A stretch of 64,000 bases of DNA, taken from positions 620,001 through 684,000 of the forward strand of contig JAAOMT010000040.1 in NCBI GenBank assembly GCA_016748015.1, read 5' to 3'. This DNA comes from Geosiphon pyriformis uo1. Its lineage: Eukaryota > Fungi > Glomeromycota. The notes below the pieces were generated by a model, which saw nothing but the letters and a program-made list of their open reading frames with translations, was not told the DNA's origin and ran no database searches. This document shows positions 28,262 through 41,327 of the stretch, piece after piece. Position 1 is the stretch's first letter, and the number at the start of each line of letters is the position of its first letter. The position numbers were made by a program, and so were the translations under genes.

Positions 28262-29210
28262 ATGAATGATATTGGTAAAGTCTATTGTTGTTTAGAGGTG
28301 CTCAACATTTTCTTTACAAAGTACTTGTACTTGTTTATTTTTTTATAGATATGTGTGGCTTTTTTACAGCAAATGTGAATGATCTTGAAAATTGGACTCA
28401 TCGCAACATTGTCGATGCATACATGAACAAATATGATTCAAATCCACAAATATTTTTTGGCAAGATTTTATAGGGATTTACAAACAATTCAAAAAAACGC
28501 ATCCACGATGGAATCGGTGAAGCGGAAGGCAGAGGAACTCACGATGGATTTGCAGGAAAGTACATGCTGCAGATATTACTCATGTTTTTAGGGTTTCAAG
28601 TAATGGATAAAGGTGAAGCTTACGAGTGGACACCTGAAAGAGGATATATGTCAGTGAAGACAAGCCACATCGCTTGCGAGGGGTGTGGTGATGAGTTGCG
28701 ACTCGCGTTGCCCCTTGAACCAAACTGTTGTACCTTTTTTTTGGACCTACAGATCATTGTGTAATAATATTGCTATATTTCTACATAGGTTTGGACTCGA
28801 AATTATAAAACACATTATAAGGGTGAGGCCCAAGTCGAACTGATATATGGAGGTGGGAAACCGGAGATTTCATCTATGTAATTTTCTATACATCTTAGGC
28901 CCAGACAAATGCGGAGGGTGCTCTTAAAGCTGGCCAGCTGCTCAAGAACCATATGGAGGCGGTTATATTAAAAAGCACGCAGACTTTGAAACGGACGCGT
29001 GAGAATGATAAGACAGAGAACGCAGACCCTGAAGAGCAAGAAAAATCTCGTCTGCTCAGAGACCAACTTCTTGAGAATCAGCAACTTGTGACAGAACCTC
29101 CATCTGCAAAGCTGGGTTTGGTATTCATATTCTTCCTAGAGCAATCTGAAATATTGTTCTTAACGCTGTCAGCCAGAAAATGTTTATCAGTTGTAAAAAA
29201 CTTTTTCTGA
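28262..29210 (+). pseudogene. Frameshifted intron-containing gene relic of unknown family
   Basis: ATG..GT-AG intron..DMCGFFTANVNDLENWTHRNIVDAYMNKY, frameshift, then FYRDLQTIQKNASTMESVKRKAEEL; further fragments (GEAYEWTPERG, LKRTRENDK). Normal-GC island inside eroded DNA. Confidence 0.5.
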
Positions 29211-31390
29211 AAAATTGCAAATACTAAAAAATTTTTTGCATTAATAATTAGTTTAGAGATATTTTTATCTTTTTAAAAATCAAAAATTATTTAATGTTTG
29301 TGAATTTTTAACACAAATTACATAATTGTTTTGGCATTTTTTGGTTTGAATAACTTGCTAAATAATAAATTTAGTTTGTACATAAAAAAATCAACAAAAA
29401 TTATTGAAAATTTAGACTAAACAAAACTAAAACAAATTTTTAAAATAAGTTTAAAAAATTAATTTTGGCTAAATATTTGAATATTGTTAAGATTATAAAT
29501 GTAATAAAAATTTAAATAAAATGTAAAATTTGTTAAAAAATATTTTATTAAATAATAAATTTTTTTTGAAAACCAAATTTAAAAAATTTAATTACAATAT
29601 TAATAAACTATTTTTAAAATTTTACAATTAAAATCTTTTTGTATTCAAGCTTTTGCGATTAATTAAATCTAAAAACTTATTAAAAATAAATATTCTATTA
29701 AAAATTTAAGAAACCAAAAATTTGGTTATAAAAAGTAATTTCTATGTATTATTTAATTTATGTTTAAAAAGCTTTATTAATTTGTAAAAAAGTTTTAAAT
29801 TCTTGAAAACTCTTAGTTTTTTTAAGTTATATAGATAAAAAAAAATGCTTATAAATACAAAACCAATAGTATTAATTAACCTAACAAAAAAATTTTGTTA
29901 AAAATTTTATTAAATTAAATCTTGTAATTTGTAAATCAATAATATTTTCCAAAAAATAACTTTTTTATTTTAAAAAGTACATTAATTCAAATTTTTATTT
30001 TTGTTGTTAGTTTTATAATTAAAAATTCTTTGTAAAAAATTATAATTTAATGAAATTAGCTGGAAAGAAGTTATAAAAAATTTATTAAGTTTTTTAGTCA
30101 TATTTATAATATTAAAGTTAAAAAAATTATAATTTATTTTAGTTTAATAGAAAAATAAAGAAAACCAACAAGTTTTTTGGTTATTAAATTGATTTTAAGC
30201 TTATTATTTTAACTCGTAAAGTTAAATTTAAGATAAATATTATATTTTTTTGTTAATACTTTTATAAATAATATTATTTAGATTGGCAAAAATTAAACCA
30301 CTATACAAATAATTTAAACATTATAAGCAATTTTTTTTGAATTAATAATATAGTTATATACAATAATAAAACAATAAATATTTTTATTAATTACAAGATT
30401 AAAAATGTTTTTTTTAAAAAATTAGTAAATTGTTTATTTTTGTTACTAAGTTTAAAAAAGCACACTAGTAACTTGTTAATAAAAAGTTTGTGTATTTTTA
30501 GTTTAAATAAAAACTCAGGCTAATATAATTTTTTTTTAATAAAGTATTTAAGAAAACAATATTAAATAACCAATTTTGCTATTTGTTTTTAGTTGTTTTA
30601 CATTTTATTATTAGTTATTATACTTAATTAAATTTTATATTTAAAAATATTTGCAATAAATAAAACAGATTAATTTATAAGATTGTGACAATTCTGGAAT
30701 TTTTAAATGTTAAAAGCATACTAAAAAGACTTTTTGAATATAAATTTCTAAATTTTCAAATTTATAAATAGAGATTCTATTATTTATTGTGTTATTTTAT
30801 CAAATTTTTAAGTAATTTTATTAATTAAAGTGGTAAAAATTTTTGAATATACAATTTTTTATTTGTTAATGTTTTTATATATGTTTTTTACTTTTATATT
30901 AAAATATTAGTATTTAATATAATTGGAAAAATAATCTATTTTAAGGCTATTTAGTTTTTAAAAAGGTTTAAAATAACTTTTACTTGCCAATTACGAATAA
31001 AAAAAAGTGTTTTATTAAGAAAAAACATTATTGTATGACAATAAAAATAATCAAAGCATAATTTAACTTAATAAGTGAATTGAATTAATAAAGATTTAAT
31101 GTGTAAGATGAGTTTCATAAATATCTCAGTTGCTATTTTTTTCAAAAGGTAACAAAAGAATCTGAAATTAAAGAAATAGTCAGTATTATTAATAAAAAAT
31201 AATACACTAGTATAATTTTATTTTTCATATATTAATATTTTTAGAATTCAATATCAAATATCAATTGGATTTTTCAATAAATGTTTATTTAATATACTTT
31301 AAAAAAACAAAAAATTATAAAAATCAAGAAAAGAAAAGAGAAAAAAAGAAAATAAAGATTTAATATTATTGTATTAATTTTTGTTTTAAA
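29210..31390. other. GC-eroded AT-rich tract (probable decayed TE)
   Basis: Composition like 17200-21320; no ORFs in the track. Confidence 0.55.
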
Positions 31391-32987
31391 TGAATTTGAT
31401 ACGAGTGTGAATTCTTGTCTGAACCAAATTTTCTACAGTTTTTGAAGAGTCTCACTATATACTTTTAAAAAAGGATCAATGATCAAGTTAGTGATCACAT
31501 CAATGACTAATTCTAATATAATGACATCTAATACATGTGACTAACTATAGCTAAATAATAAATAAATTAAAAATTAAAAGTTTTAACCCTAACAATATGA
31601 TAAATCTTTTCTCTAAAGAAATAAATTTATACAGTCCTAGTAGAAATTAATAGCTAAAACCTTTTTAAACACAAACCCAAGGAATATTATATTTGAAATA
31701 CGTTAATATAAATGGTATAATATACATAAAACTAATAAATAGTATAATCTCCTGCTTGAATATGGGCAAGCATCCTACGAAAATTTGTAAATACCTCCTT
31801 CTTCTCCTCTGGAAGTTTGCTCATTCTTTTACTAGCCCAATAAAATCCTCTTGAAACTTAATCAATTTTGCAAAGTATAGCAAAATAACGCTGATGGGAG
31901 CAAAGTGGAACACCAGCTAGTTTTTTAATTTCGGTTGTATTGTAGTGACGATTGCATCAAAAGTACTTTACAGCTTTACCGTTTTTAATTTTACAGGGTT
32001 GAGATGCATTAGGTAAGTGAAAATAGATAAAAAAGATAACGGCATGAATAAATGGGAGATTTTGTGATATCAGGGTTGACCAAAAAATAACATTTACACA
32101 TTGGCCTTTTTTAGAAGGAGGTTAATAATGCGACAAATTTTTCTAATGGTGTTGCCATCATTATTTTCTGCCAAAATTGCAATACTAACATTTAATACTA
32201 ATAAATTGTGTTATTTTACTCGAGTTAATTTTTTTTAAAACATTAAATGCTTGTAAATATTTACACTCTAAGATGAAAATTAATTTTTTTTCTCAAATTT
32301 TTAACCCATTTAAAATTTTCAATTCGAAAATGAAAGCAATTTTTTGTTCAGATAAATGTAGTTCTAGGCTCACAAACATTGCTGTGAATTTTGGAAAATG
32401 AGGGGATATCTTCAATATCCTTTATAAAAAGTAAAAAAAAAAACTTTAGGCCATTTATCTAATAGCACCACCCAAATAATCGGATTAGGTTTAATTTCTA
32501 GAAAATATTTTACTTTTTTACTTAACAAAAAATGATAATAAAGTATCCTTACTTTAGGAATATGTGAAAAAATGTGAAAAGGTTGTAAAGTTATCGAGGC
32601 AACTCTCCAATCTAATCTTGTTCATCGTACGAGTTGCCAACTTGATTGAATTTCACTAATTTTAAGAATTTAGCAAAAAAAAAAATTTTCGGGCTTTTCT
32701 AAAATATTATTAGAACTAATATATTTCTCTCTATAAAAATACTAATTTTTTTTTTAAGAAATCTCTTGTCAATTGGGTCAATGATTCATATCGAAGTATA
32801 TCATAAATCTAAAATAGAAATTAAAATTATTTGTCTAATAAAACCGTCGCAGGTTTGTTTTATTTTGAATCTAAAAATAATAAAAACATTTGATCAAAAT
32901 ACAGGGTATAAAGATTTTCTTTGGTTTAAAATCATATAAAATATTATCGCTTCTTCACAGTTTCTAAAAATTTTGAAAATTTTAAAT

Positions 32988-34519
32988 TTAAATTCTACCA
33001 ATAGGATAATAATTTTCGCAATTTCCAAATGTCACTCCAAAATAAGGACCGAAATGAGCTCTTGTTCCTTTACCATCAGTGTCTAAATTGCATCCCTACA
33101 AAAGGAAGATAAATAAATAAAACTATTTTTATATTTACTTAATAGCAATCTTAAATAATAAATTAAATTAGTTTTCTATATAAAAGCCTTTTTATAATAA
33201 AGACCAAACTTACAGGATTTTCGACATATTTTTTTTTATCATTTAGGTAAAATCCTTGACATTCATAGATAATTTCATAACCTTCACGAAGAAGTCTGGA
33301 AGAATCAGGATCATCGCAATTACAATTCCTATCTTGAATCCAATACTCAGTCCCAGGGTGCATATATGATTTACCATCGATTGATTTTTTTGGAAAATGG
33401 GGAAAATAGTCATTAGTATGTGTTATCCTGTATGCTTTAAGATTAACCATTCGCTGGAATTGGCCTGCAAACTGAGAATCTCCCGAACGTGGAGAGCCAA
33501 AAGTGATAATAGTAATATCAAGATTTTCATGAAATCTCAGCTCACTTGACATTAACAAGCCGTATACTTGGGCATAAACTAATATTATAATTAAAATATA
33601 TAATTAAGACCCCAGCTTTAAAAATTTTGTTTTAAAATAAATGAATTAAAATATTTATAATTCCTTACATCCACCAATACCATGTCCAGTTAAAACAATA
33701 TGAATTGGATTATTCGCTTCTGTTCCATTTTTTAATATGTTTACAGCGGCTCGTATTCTTCCGTCAAATGATTGGAAACAATCCTCTGGCCATGATTTCC
33801 ACCAATGTGAATCAACTTTGAATTTATCCAAATTAGGGTGCAATATTCCTAGTTTATACTTGGTTTTTTCCATTTGGTTTCTAATCATTTCTGGCCCTAT
33901 TCATTAAGAAAATATGAGAATTTTTTTAAAATTAGAGACTTTTCAAGTGTAAAAATAAAAACTTTTGAATATATTTAGTTAAAAATGCCTGCAATTATTT
34001 TAGAGACTTTCCTCTAAAAATTCCAATAATTCTTCCCAAATTAATTTCAGTATAGACTCTGCCTAATCGAATCATTTTATATGTGAAAGGAATAAGCGAT
34101 TTGACTCTAGTATGAAAAAAAGTTTCAAAAAAACAAATTTTTTACTTAAAAGTTATCTTACCTATAAAACCTCTACCAATTATATATTCATGTTCTCTAT
34201 TACAATAGAGTTCATTTGTCACATATGCCATGCTTTTAAAAAGTTGAAGAATCCCGTAATCTTTTACCAGCGTTTTAGGTAATGCGACTTTTCTTTCGAA
34301 TCCACCACTACTTATTAAGAGTAGTTCTTCTTGATTATTATGTTGAAAGATTTTTTCTCGGCGCTTAAAGTTTGATTTTAGTGGGAAAAAGCTTTCATAA
34401 AATTTGGTTGCGTTCATTTTTTTTGATAGTGGAGCAAATTTTTCTGTGTGATCTTTGAGAAATGAAGAGCAAATGATTAGAAGAGAAAAGAAAAAAAATT
34501 TCAATATATTTTGTAGCAT
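32988..34519 (-). CDS. Secreted class-3 lipase-fold protein lacking the catalytic Ser (GHGIGG); intron 2 donor is GA
   Basis: Signal-like N-terminus (MLQNILKFFFFSLLIICSS); AY..LYC; IIGIFRG; VLTGHGIGG (33670-33687); ITFGSPRSGD; YRITHTNDYFPHFP; YMHPGTEYWI; final exon AHFGPYFGVTFGNC; stop at 32988. Confidence 0.85.
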
Positions 34520-35719
34520 GATTTTTTTCAAAAAGACCAAGTCTTTGTTTAAGAGGAATTTAAAAAACTTCAAAGTAGTACTTTCTATAATGAGGATTTA
34601 ATGAAACTAGTACGGAAAATCATTTTTCGATAACCAAAAACTGAAAATAATTACATAGTATTGACTATTTATAAAATATGAGAATAACCCAAACACTAAT
34701 TGTTTATCTTCAAAATAAATAGCTATTAACATTTGTAAAAAAAAATTTATTGTAAAGCAAAAAGTTAATAATTATAAATAAATATTAGTTTAAAAAATTT
34801 ATTTATTTTTTTATTTATTTTAATATTTAATGTTATTTAAACCACTATTATAATTTGATATATTATCAATTAGTAAAAAAATTAAGAAAATATTTTGGTT
34901 CTTTAAAATTTCTTTAAACATTATTATATATTATAATTTTAACAAAGTTTTCAATTTCAATTTTTATTTATTCATTTATTAAAATTAAAAAAAAGTACAT
35001 AAATTTAATAAAAAAAAACTAAAAAAACTAAAAATATTGTAATTTAAAATGAAAAAATCTTCTGTTAATGGCTTTAAAACTGTTTAACTTATTAAAAAAG
35101 ATAAATTTATACTGTTTTTTAGTTAAAAAATTCTTATTTTTTATATTATTTATCATCAAAAAATTTATTAATAATAATATAAATATTAAAAATTTATTTT
35201 AAAGAACTGCTATATTATATTATAAATTTTATTGTTTAACTTTAAATTAAATTAAATTAAATTATTACAAAAAATTATTAGAGTTTTATAAGATTTATAA
35301 AGTAATTAGGTTTAATTAAAACAATATTAATTTGATAAATTTGTAGTTTAATTTTTTTTTATATTTAAATTATAAAAATATATCTGATTATTTAAGTATT
35401 AAAAATTTAATTTTATTATATTACTATTAATAAAAATATATTAAATAACAATTATTTAATTATAGCATTTGTGTTATTTTTTCTTAACAATTATAAACTA
35501 AATTCTCAACTTTCAAAAAATTATTAACTGTTATTTCATGAAATTGATTACATTAATTGAATTACTTACTTATTCAATTTATTTTTTGTTTAAATTTTAC
35601 TTAATTATTTCTATTGTCATATATTTATTATTCTTATTGCTATTTATTAATATGTTACTTTAATCTGTAACAATATTATTTAATTTAAACCAAAACAAAA
35701 TAAACTTTGATATCTTGCA

Positions 35720-36135
35720 TTATTTATTTATTTTTTATTTGTGATAGTGGTTCAATTACTACCTAACACAATACATACATCAGACATACTCATGCTTTTG
35801 CTATACGTAACCAGCCACCCAAGCTACCCTTTTTAACTAAAATAACTTGGCTCACGCTATCAGGTAAACACAGATCAACGAGCAAGGAACCAAAAACCAG
35901 GTAATTGACATCACACAGACCAAAATAGATTAACAGCTCTTTGGCAAACCATTCCTACGTACATCGATCAGCCCAATTTCTCATACGCCGACTTTAACTT
36001 TGCATTAGGAACCCAAATCATGGACAAGTCCCACAATGTTGGCAGAAGCCAACTTGGAAGGCGCGAAGATTCCCATAGATTCGTTATACTAGGTTTTAAA
36101 CACTATATCCTTGGCAACCGTTGTATTATAAGTAA
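35720..36135 (-). mobile_element. Probable 5'-truncated non-LTR (LINE) retrotransposon 3' end with decayed poly(A) tail
   Basis: GC-richer island. Minus strand reads LYNTTVAKDIVFKT*YNESMGIF..ANIVGLVHDL / IWVPNAKLKSAYEKLG, resembling from memory C-termini of Glomeromycotina LINE ORF2. A-rich tail follows on the minus strand (35720-35740). Confidence 0.5.
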
Positions 36136-36774
36136 ACAACAATTTAAATAAAAAACAACCAAATCTCGAATGTCTCAATGATGCAATGTAATAATAAATT
36201 TTTACTTTAAACAAACAAATTATTGTTTTTTGTAATAAAATTGTTCAATATTACATATCAAAAATATAATTTGTGTTTTTTACTATATTGCAAAATTATA
36301 AAACCAAAATAAACAAGATAGATAAAAAAATTTATTAATTTATTAAGTTATTAAATACTAAAATAGCTTGTTAAATAAGCTATGACATTATAATAATTTT
36401 ATTAATAAAATAAATATTAACTGATTTGTAATCTGAAACAAGAGCTTTTCATAGTTATAATTTTTTAATAATAAAATATAGTTTTGTTAATATTAAAGAT
36501 TTATGATACAAAATTATATTCATTTTGGTTGATTCAAATATATTTTATAAGTAATTTTTATGGAACTTAGTACCTTATTGTGATCGAATTTTGGTTTAAT
36601 ATTTATATAATATTATTATTATAAATTTATTTATTGTGGATAATAAAGCAAAAATTTACAAAATTCATAAACTAAATTGCTTGCAAAATTACTTTTTTTG
36701 GTCAGACAAAAATTTTATTTAACTTTATTAAATAGTTGTTGTTTTTTAATTTAATATTAATTTCTTAAATCACT

Positions 36775-37757
36775 AAGAGGCGGGCAAATACAAATCCACA
36801 ATTCAATCGTGCACTTTGTTATCAAAATGGATGGGGAACGACAAACGATGTGGAAAAAGCATTTGAACTCTATTTAAAAGCAGCAGAGGCCGGAGATATA
36901 ATTGCACAAAAAAATCTTGTATGGTGTTATCTAAATGGAAGGGAAACGACAAAAAATGAGGAGAAAGCATTTGAACTTTATTCAAAAGCAGGAGATGCGG
37001 GAAATAAAAATTCACAATATAACCTTGGATGGTGCTATCAAAATGGATGGGGAACGATAAAAAACGTCATGAAAGCATTGGAGCTCTATTTAAAAGCAGA
37101 GGCAAACAACTTAAGTTATAATAGTAATACTTTTGTTTAACTTCACTTGGGACGGGTCATTTAGCAATTCCAAAAGCGAGGTTTAAAATTTCCGGATAAT
37201 TCAAAGGAAGAATTTTTAGATTCTGAAGCTTTCTTTAACCAGCTTTCAGATGAATGCAAGTGTCTTAAATGTGGAAACTTGGGTATAATCATTAGTGGAT
37301 CTCCTATATGTCTATTTGGGATTTTGACCAAAGTAATGAAAGTATATTTAACCCCGGCTTGCCGAAATGTCCAGAATGCTATCACACATTAAAAGATCCA
37401 CTTTGGTGTACAGATTGTGAATCATCACGACTTTTAAAGATTTGGCGAAGATGGAATAGTGGAAATGAGAATATTGATCAGTATATAGGATATACACAAC
37501 AAATTTCTGAAAGTTGTAGGGGATGCCTGGAATGGATTTCTCCCGATGAGATCTTATCTCTAGATCAGGTAGGAATTGGAGGATTTAGCGTTGTTAAAGA
37601 AGGCATATGGGAGAGGGGCAAAATTTTATTTTTGGATGAGAAAAATCAAAATTATGAGCGAATTGAGGTTACGAGAGTCGTTTTTAAACATCTTAAAAAT
37701 AGCCAAAAGATGGAAAAGATCCATACAAATGAGGTATTTTCTTTTAAGAAATCTATG

Positions 37758-37793
<36 letters not shown>

Positions 37794-38560
37794 CTTTTTC
37801 TTTTCTAACACTAGAAAACGCGTTGAAATAGTTCATTGCGTTAAATGTGCCTCTTAAAGATATATTCTTGAATGCTATGGAATGATAAAAGATCTTACAA
37901 CCGATGAAGTTGTTATGATTTTACCATTTGCAGAACACGGGGATCTCAGAGCTTTTCTCAAGAACAACAAAAACATTTTTACTTGGAATAATTTTTCTTC
38001 GTATTCTTTTTCAAATCGCCAGTGGCCTAAGGTTTATACATGAATCAGGACTGCATGGGGACTTAAATCTTGGAAATATACTTGTTTTAAAATCAAACCC
38101 CTTAAAAGTTGTCATTTCTGATCTTGGATTCTGTCATCCTACCAATTACTCTCCAGAGTTCGAGAAAATTTTTGGTATTGTTCAATACCTAGCGCCCAAA
38201 ATTTGTAGCTTATCACCTCATACGAGATATAGCGATGTTTACAGTTTTGCTATAATTACCTGGGAAATTATTTCAGGAGAAAGACCTTGGAAAGATGTTA
38301 AAAAGCAATCTGACGTGATTGGTGGAAGACGCCCCATAATCGAAAAGCATACATCTCAGTGTATTCAGAAAATGATTAAAAAAAATGGGATTTTAATCTA
38401 GCTTGGCGTGATAGTGCAAAAAAACTTCAAGAGAAAGTTATTGCTGCTCGCGAGAATTGTAACTTAGAGGGGCTTGTCCGTGAAAAAAGATCTAATTGCG
38501 AAGAGGCACATGGTTATAAACATGATATAACAAGATACACCTTTTTCAGATCTGGAATCT
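36775..38560 (+). pseudogene. Sel1-like repeats + Cys-rich linker + tyrosine-kinase-like (TKL) kinase, frameshifted
   Basis: Three SLRs (KAFELYLKAAEAG, SQYNLGWCYQNGWG); CKCLKC/CPEC..WCTDC; WNSGNENID..LEWIS; GIGGFSVV; ECYGM..ILPFAEHGDLR; HGDLNLGNILV; SDLG; SDVYSFAIITWE. Frameshifts near 37320 and 37995, stops near 37830; 5' end lost into eroded DNA. Confidence 0.9.
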
Positions 38561-39920
38561 TCCATTATCTCAAGTTTCTAGTTCACAGATTCAGTAAACA
38601 CTTTAAATTTGGTTTAATAATGATTTTAATTGTTTTTATTGACATTTAACCATAAAATGGTTTGAAGCAGATGAAAATTTGAATGAAGAGACGGTTCTTT
38701 GTAATCATTTCTTTGGTTATAGTGATTTAAAAAATGGATACTTTATAAATGTTATTTCGGACCATCACTGAAGTTATTTTTTAACTTTTATTCCTCCAAG
38801 AGAATTCAACTACAATTCCTTTCATAAGTGCTAGTGTGCCTAAAGATTTAAGGTAGCCTTTACTTACTGTTTTAAGCATTAGATGTTGACGCTTCAATAT
38901 TAAATAATCGTCATTGTTCATAACATTATTATCATTATTTTATAAAAAGCGAAATTTTTATATTTTTAAACAGTAGAATCATAAGCAATAGATTCGTTTG
39001 CGTTTTTATATATAGATAACGGGTGGTTTTAATATATCAAATTTAAAAAACTTTCTAAGGTCCTTGGAAATCTTTATAAACTCTCTAAAGTATCAATTTA
39101 TTTTTTATACTTTTGATAAATATAGTAAATATTAAAAGAATCAGTAGAAAGAAATCAATTGAGAGAGAATATATAATGTAGTTTTTCACTAAATGTAATA
39201 ATATCTAAATTCACAATTGATTATGCAAAGCTGCTTTTAAATTGAAACTTTCCCAATTTATTTAGCTTAATATGGCATTAATAATTAAATAATTGTTTCC
39301 AAGCATATTTGTTTATCTGAATAAAATAAGGTCATCTACATTGTAAACTCGAATAAATCCTTTTTAGGAAGCCTGGATCATTTGAAATTTTTCATTCGTG
39401 TCTATATTTGATACTTTGAAAATGACTTTATATGGTATATAGAGCTATTTCTTCCTGAAATTTTCTTATTTCGAAAGAAAGTTTTTGCTGCTAAATTCCT
39501 TTTATTAAAGGGGGAATTCTTGTATTTGGGGTAATTAAAAAGAGGTTTGAAATATAATATTATTAGCCTCGGTTGTGTGTAAAAAACATGATATTTCTGT
39601 ATATACTGAGTAGAATGGTCGGGTTTAATTAAAATGCTTTCATATGTTAAAAACTTCTTTTTTTAAAAATATAAATTATTTGAAAGGAATCTCTTATGAT
39701 TTTTTGATTTATTAAAATTGTTTTCTAACTAGGGCTAATTTTTTTGTTCTCTGATATAATAAATGGGTTAAATAATATTCTAATAAAAAACTTTTTTTGG
39801 AAACTTTTGTTATTCAATGGAATTAAACCTCGTTTTTTCAAGTTTATAATCAAAAAAGTAAATTTAATGACCATTTATATTCAAGATATTAATTTCAAAA
39901 ACGATTACTTTAATTTTGGA

Positions 39921-40021
39921 ATTTAATTCATTCATTCATTCATTTCCTGTCGTTTAACTAGTGACCAACTGGTTTGAACATGGAACCAAATCACGGTGTA
40001 ATAAAATCGAGTAATTAAATT
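39921..40021 (-). pseudogene. Orphan 3' terminal fragment of a third copy of the EDIPQ membrane-protein family
   Basis: Reverse complement is near-identical to 59337-59436 (NLITRFYYTVIWFHVQTSWSLVKRQEMNE). Confidence 0.85.
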
Positions 40022-40031
40022 ATTATAATAA

Positions 40032-40063
<32 letters not shown>

Positions 40064-41150
40064 GAAAGAGCACTATTATTTATAACAAAATTAGAATTAA
40101 TTGTATTTATTGGTAATAATAAAACAAAATTTGTGTTTTAAAAGACATTAGGAGAATTTTTTTAGAATCTTAAAAAAGTTTGTTGCAATAATTTTAAATA
40201 GGGGCAATATTGTTTTTTGGTTATTTTAGCTTTTTAACTATTTAAAAAACAGTTTTAGAGATAATTAAAAAGAATAATAGCTTTACTTCTAGTTTGTTGT
40301 TAAAGATCATAGAACTTTTTGTAATAATAGTAATTATGCTAAGACTATTCTTAATGTATTATTTTAATAATACTTTTTCTAATTGTTTTTATAACTGAAA
40401 AGACTTTTAAATTGTAGCTGTTTTTGCTATTATAAAAAAATATGAATTGCTTTTTTTATTTTTTGCTTTGGTTATGGTCATAAAAATTATAAAAGAAAAA
40501 AGTTTTTGCTATTAATAATTATTTTTTTTATTTATATAAATTAATTTTGTTAATATTATTTAATTTTTCATTTATTTTAATATATATTTTATAATTTTAT
40601 TAAAAAACTACTATAATTTAAATAAACTTATTTAATGATTTTGCAAAAGAAATTTTTTTTACATTTTATTAATAATAAGCGATTTTACAATAATAATAAT
40701 AATAATAATTTTTATAAATCAGATTATTGTAGATTTGGTTGTAATTGTTTTAAATAAAATGTTCAATAAGATTTTAATTACGACTAAACAAATTTTAAAA
40801 AAGTTTTAATCAATTATTCAAAATAATATAATTAGTGATAATCAAGATTTTTTTTTTTATTTTAAATCAGAATCAGTTTATTTTAATCAAAAAAACTAAC
40901 TCATTTCAAGATTAAAATGAAAATTAAAGATTTGATTTTAACTTATAAGTAATGATCTTTATTGAATAATTTTTTGATTAATTTCAAAAAAAAAATAGCT
41001 TTAAAAATATTCAAATCCTATGCTAGCTTTTCAGACAGAAAATATAATTTATTGTTCATACAAAATGTAAGAATCATTGATTTTTACCCCAGCAAATCTT
41101 TATATATTATCAAATAGCTTATAAATTAGTAAAAGTATATATTATATAAT

Positions 41151-41230
41151 TTAAATTTCCCACGATATCAATATCTTTTAAATTTCCCACGATATCAATA
41201 TCTCTTAATTTCCCACGATATCAATATCTT
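41151..41230 (+). repeat. 3 x ~27-bp tandem repeat (AATTTCCCACGATATCAATATCT) in the MIF promoter
   Basis: Three copies directly upstream of TATAAAAA (41259-41266). Confidence 0.9.
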
Positions 41231-41258
41231 TGTTTATGTCACAAGTTCAGAATTTCCA

Positions 41259-41266
41259 TATAAAAA
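41259..41266 (+). promoter_or_regulatory. Putative TATA box of the MIF gene
   Basis: TATAAAAA about 65 bp upstream of the ATG. Confidence 0.45.
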
Positions 41267-41327
41267 CACAGGATCTCGCACCACGAATTGTGTTCGAATT
41301 AATATTTAATTCTACAATTAGAATACA

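Noticed and set aside
31740-32200. GC-richer patch with a coding-like minus-strand fragment (MSKLPEEKKEVFTNFRRMLAHIQAGDY)
   Set aside because: Too short and interrupted; no family recognised
33679-33681. Idea that RNA editing restores the lipase Ser
   Set aside because: Would need G>A; known A-to-I and C-to-U editing cannot convert GGT to a Ser codon
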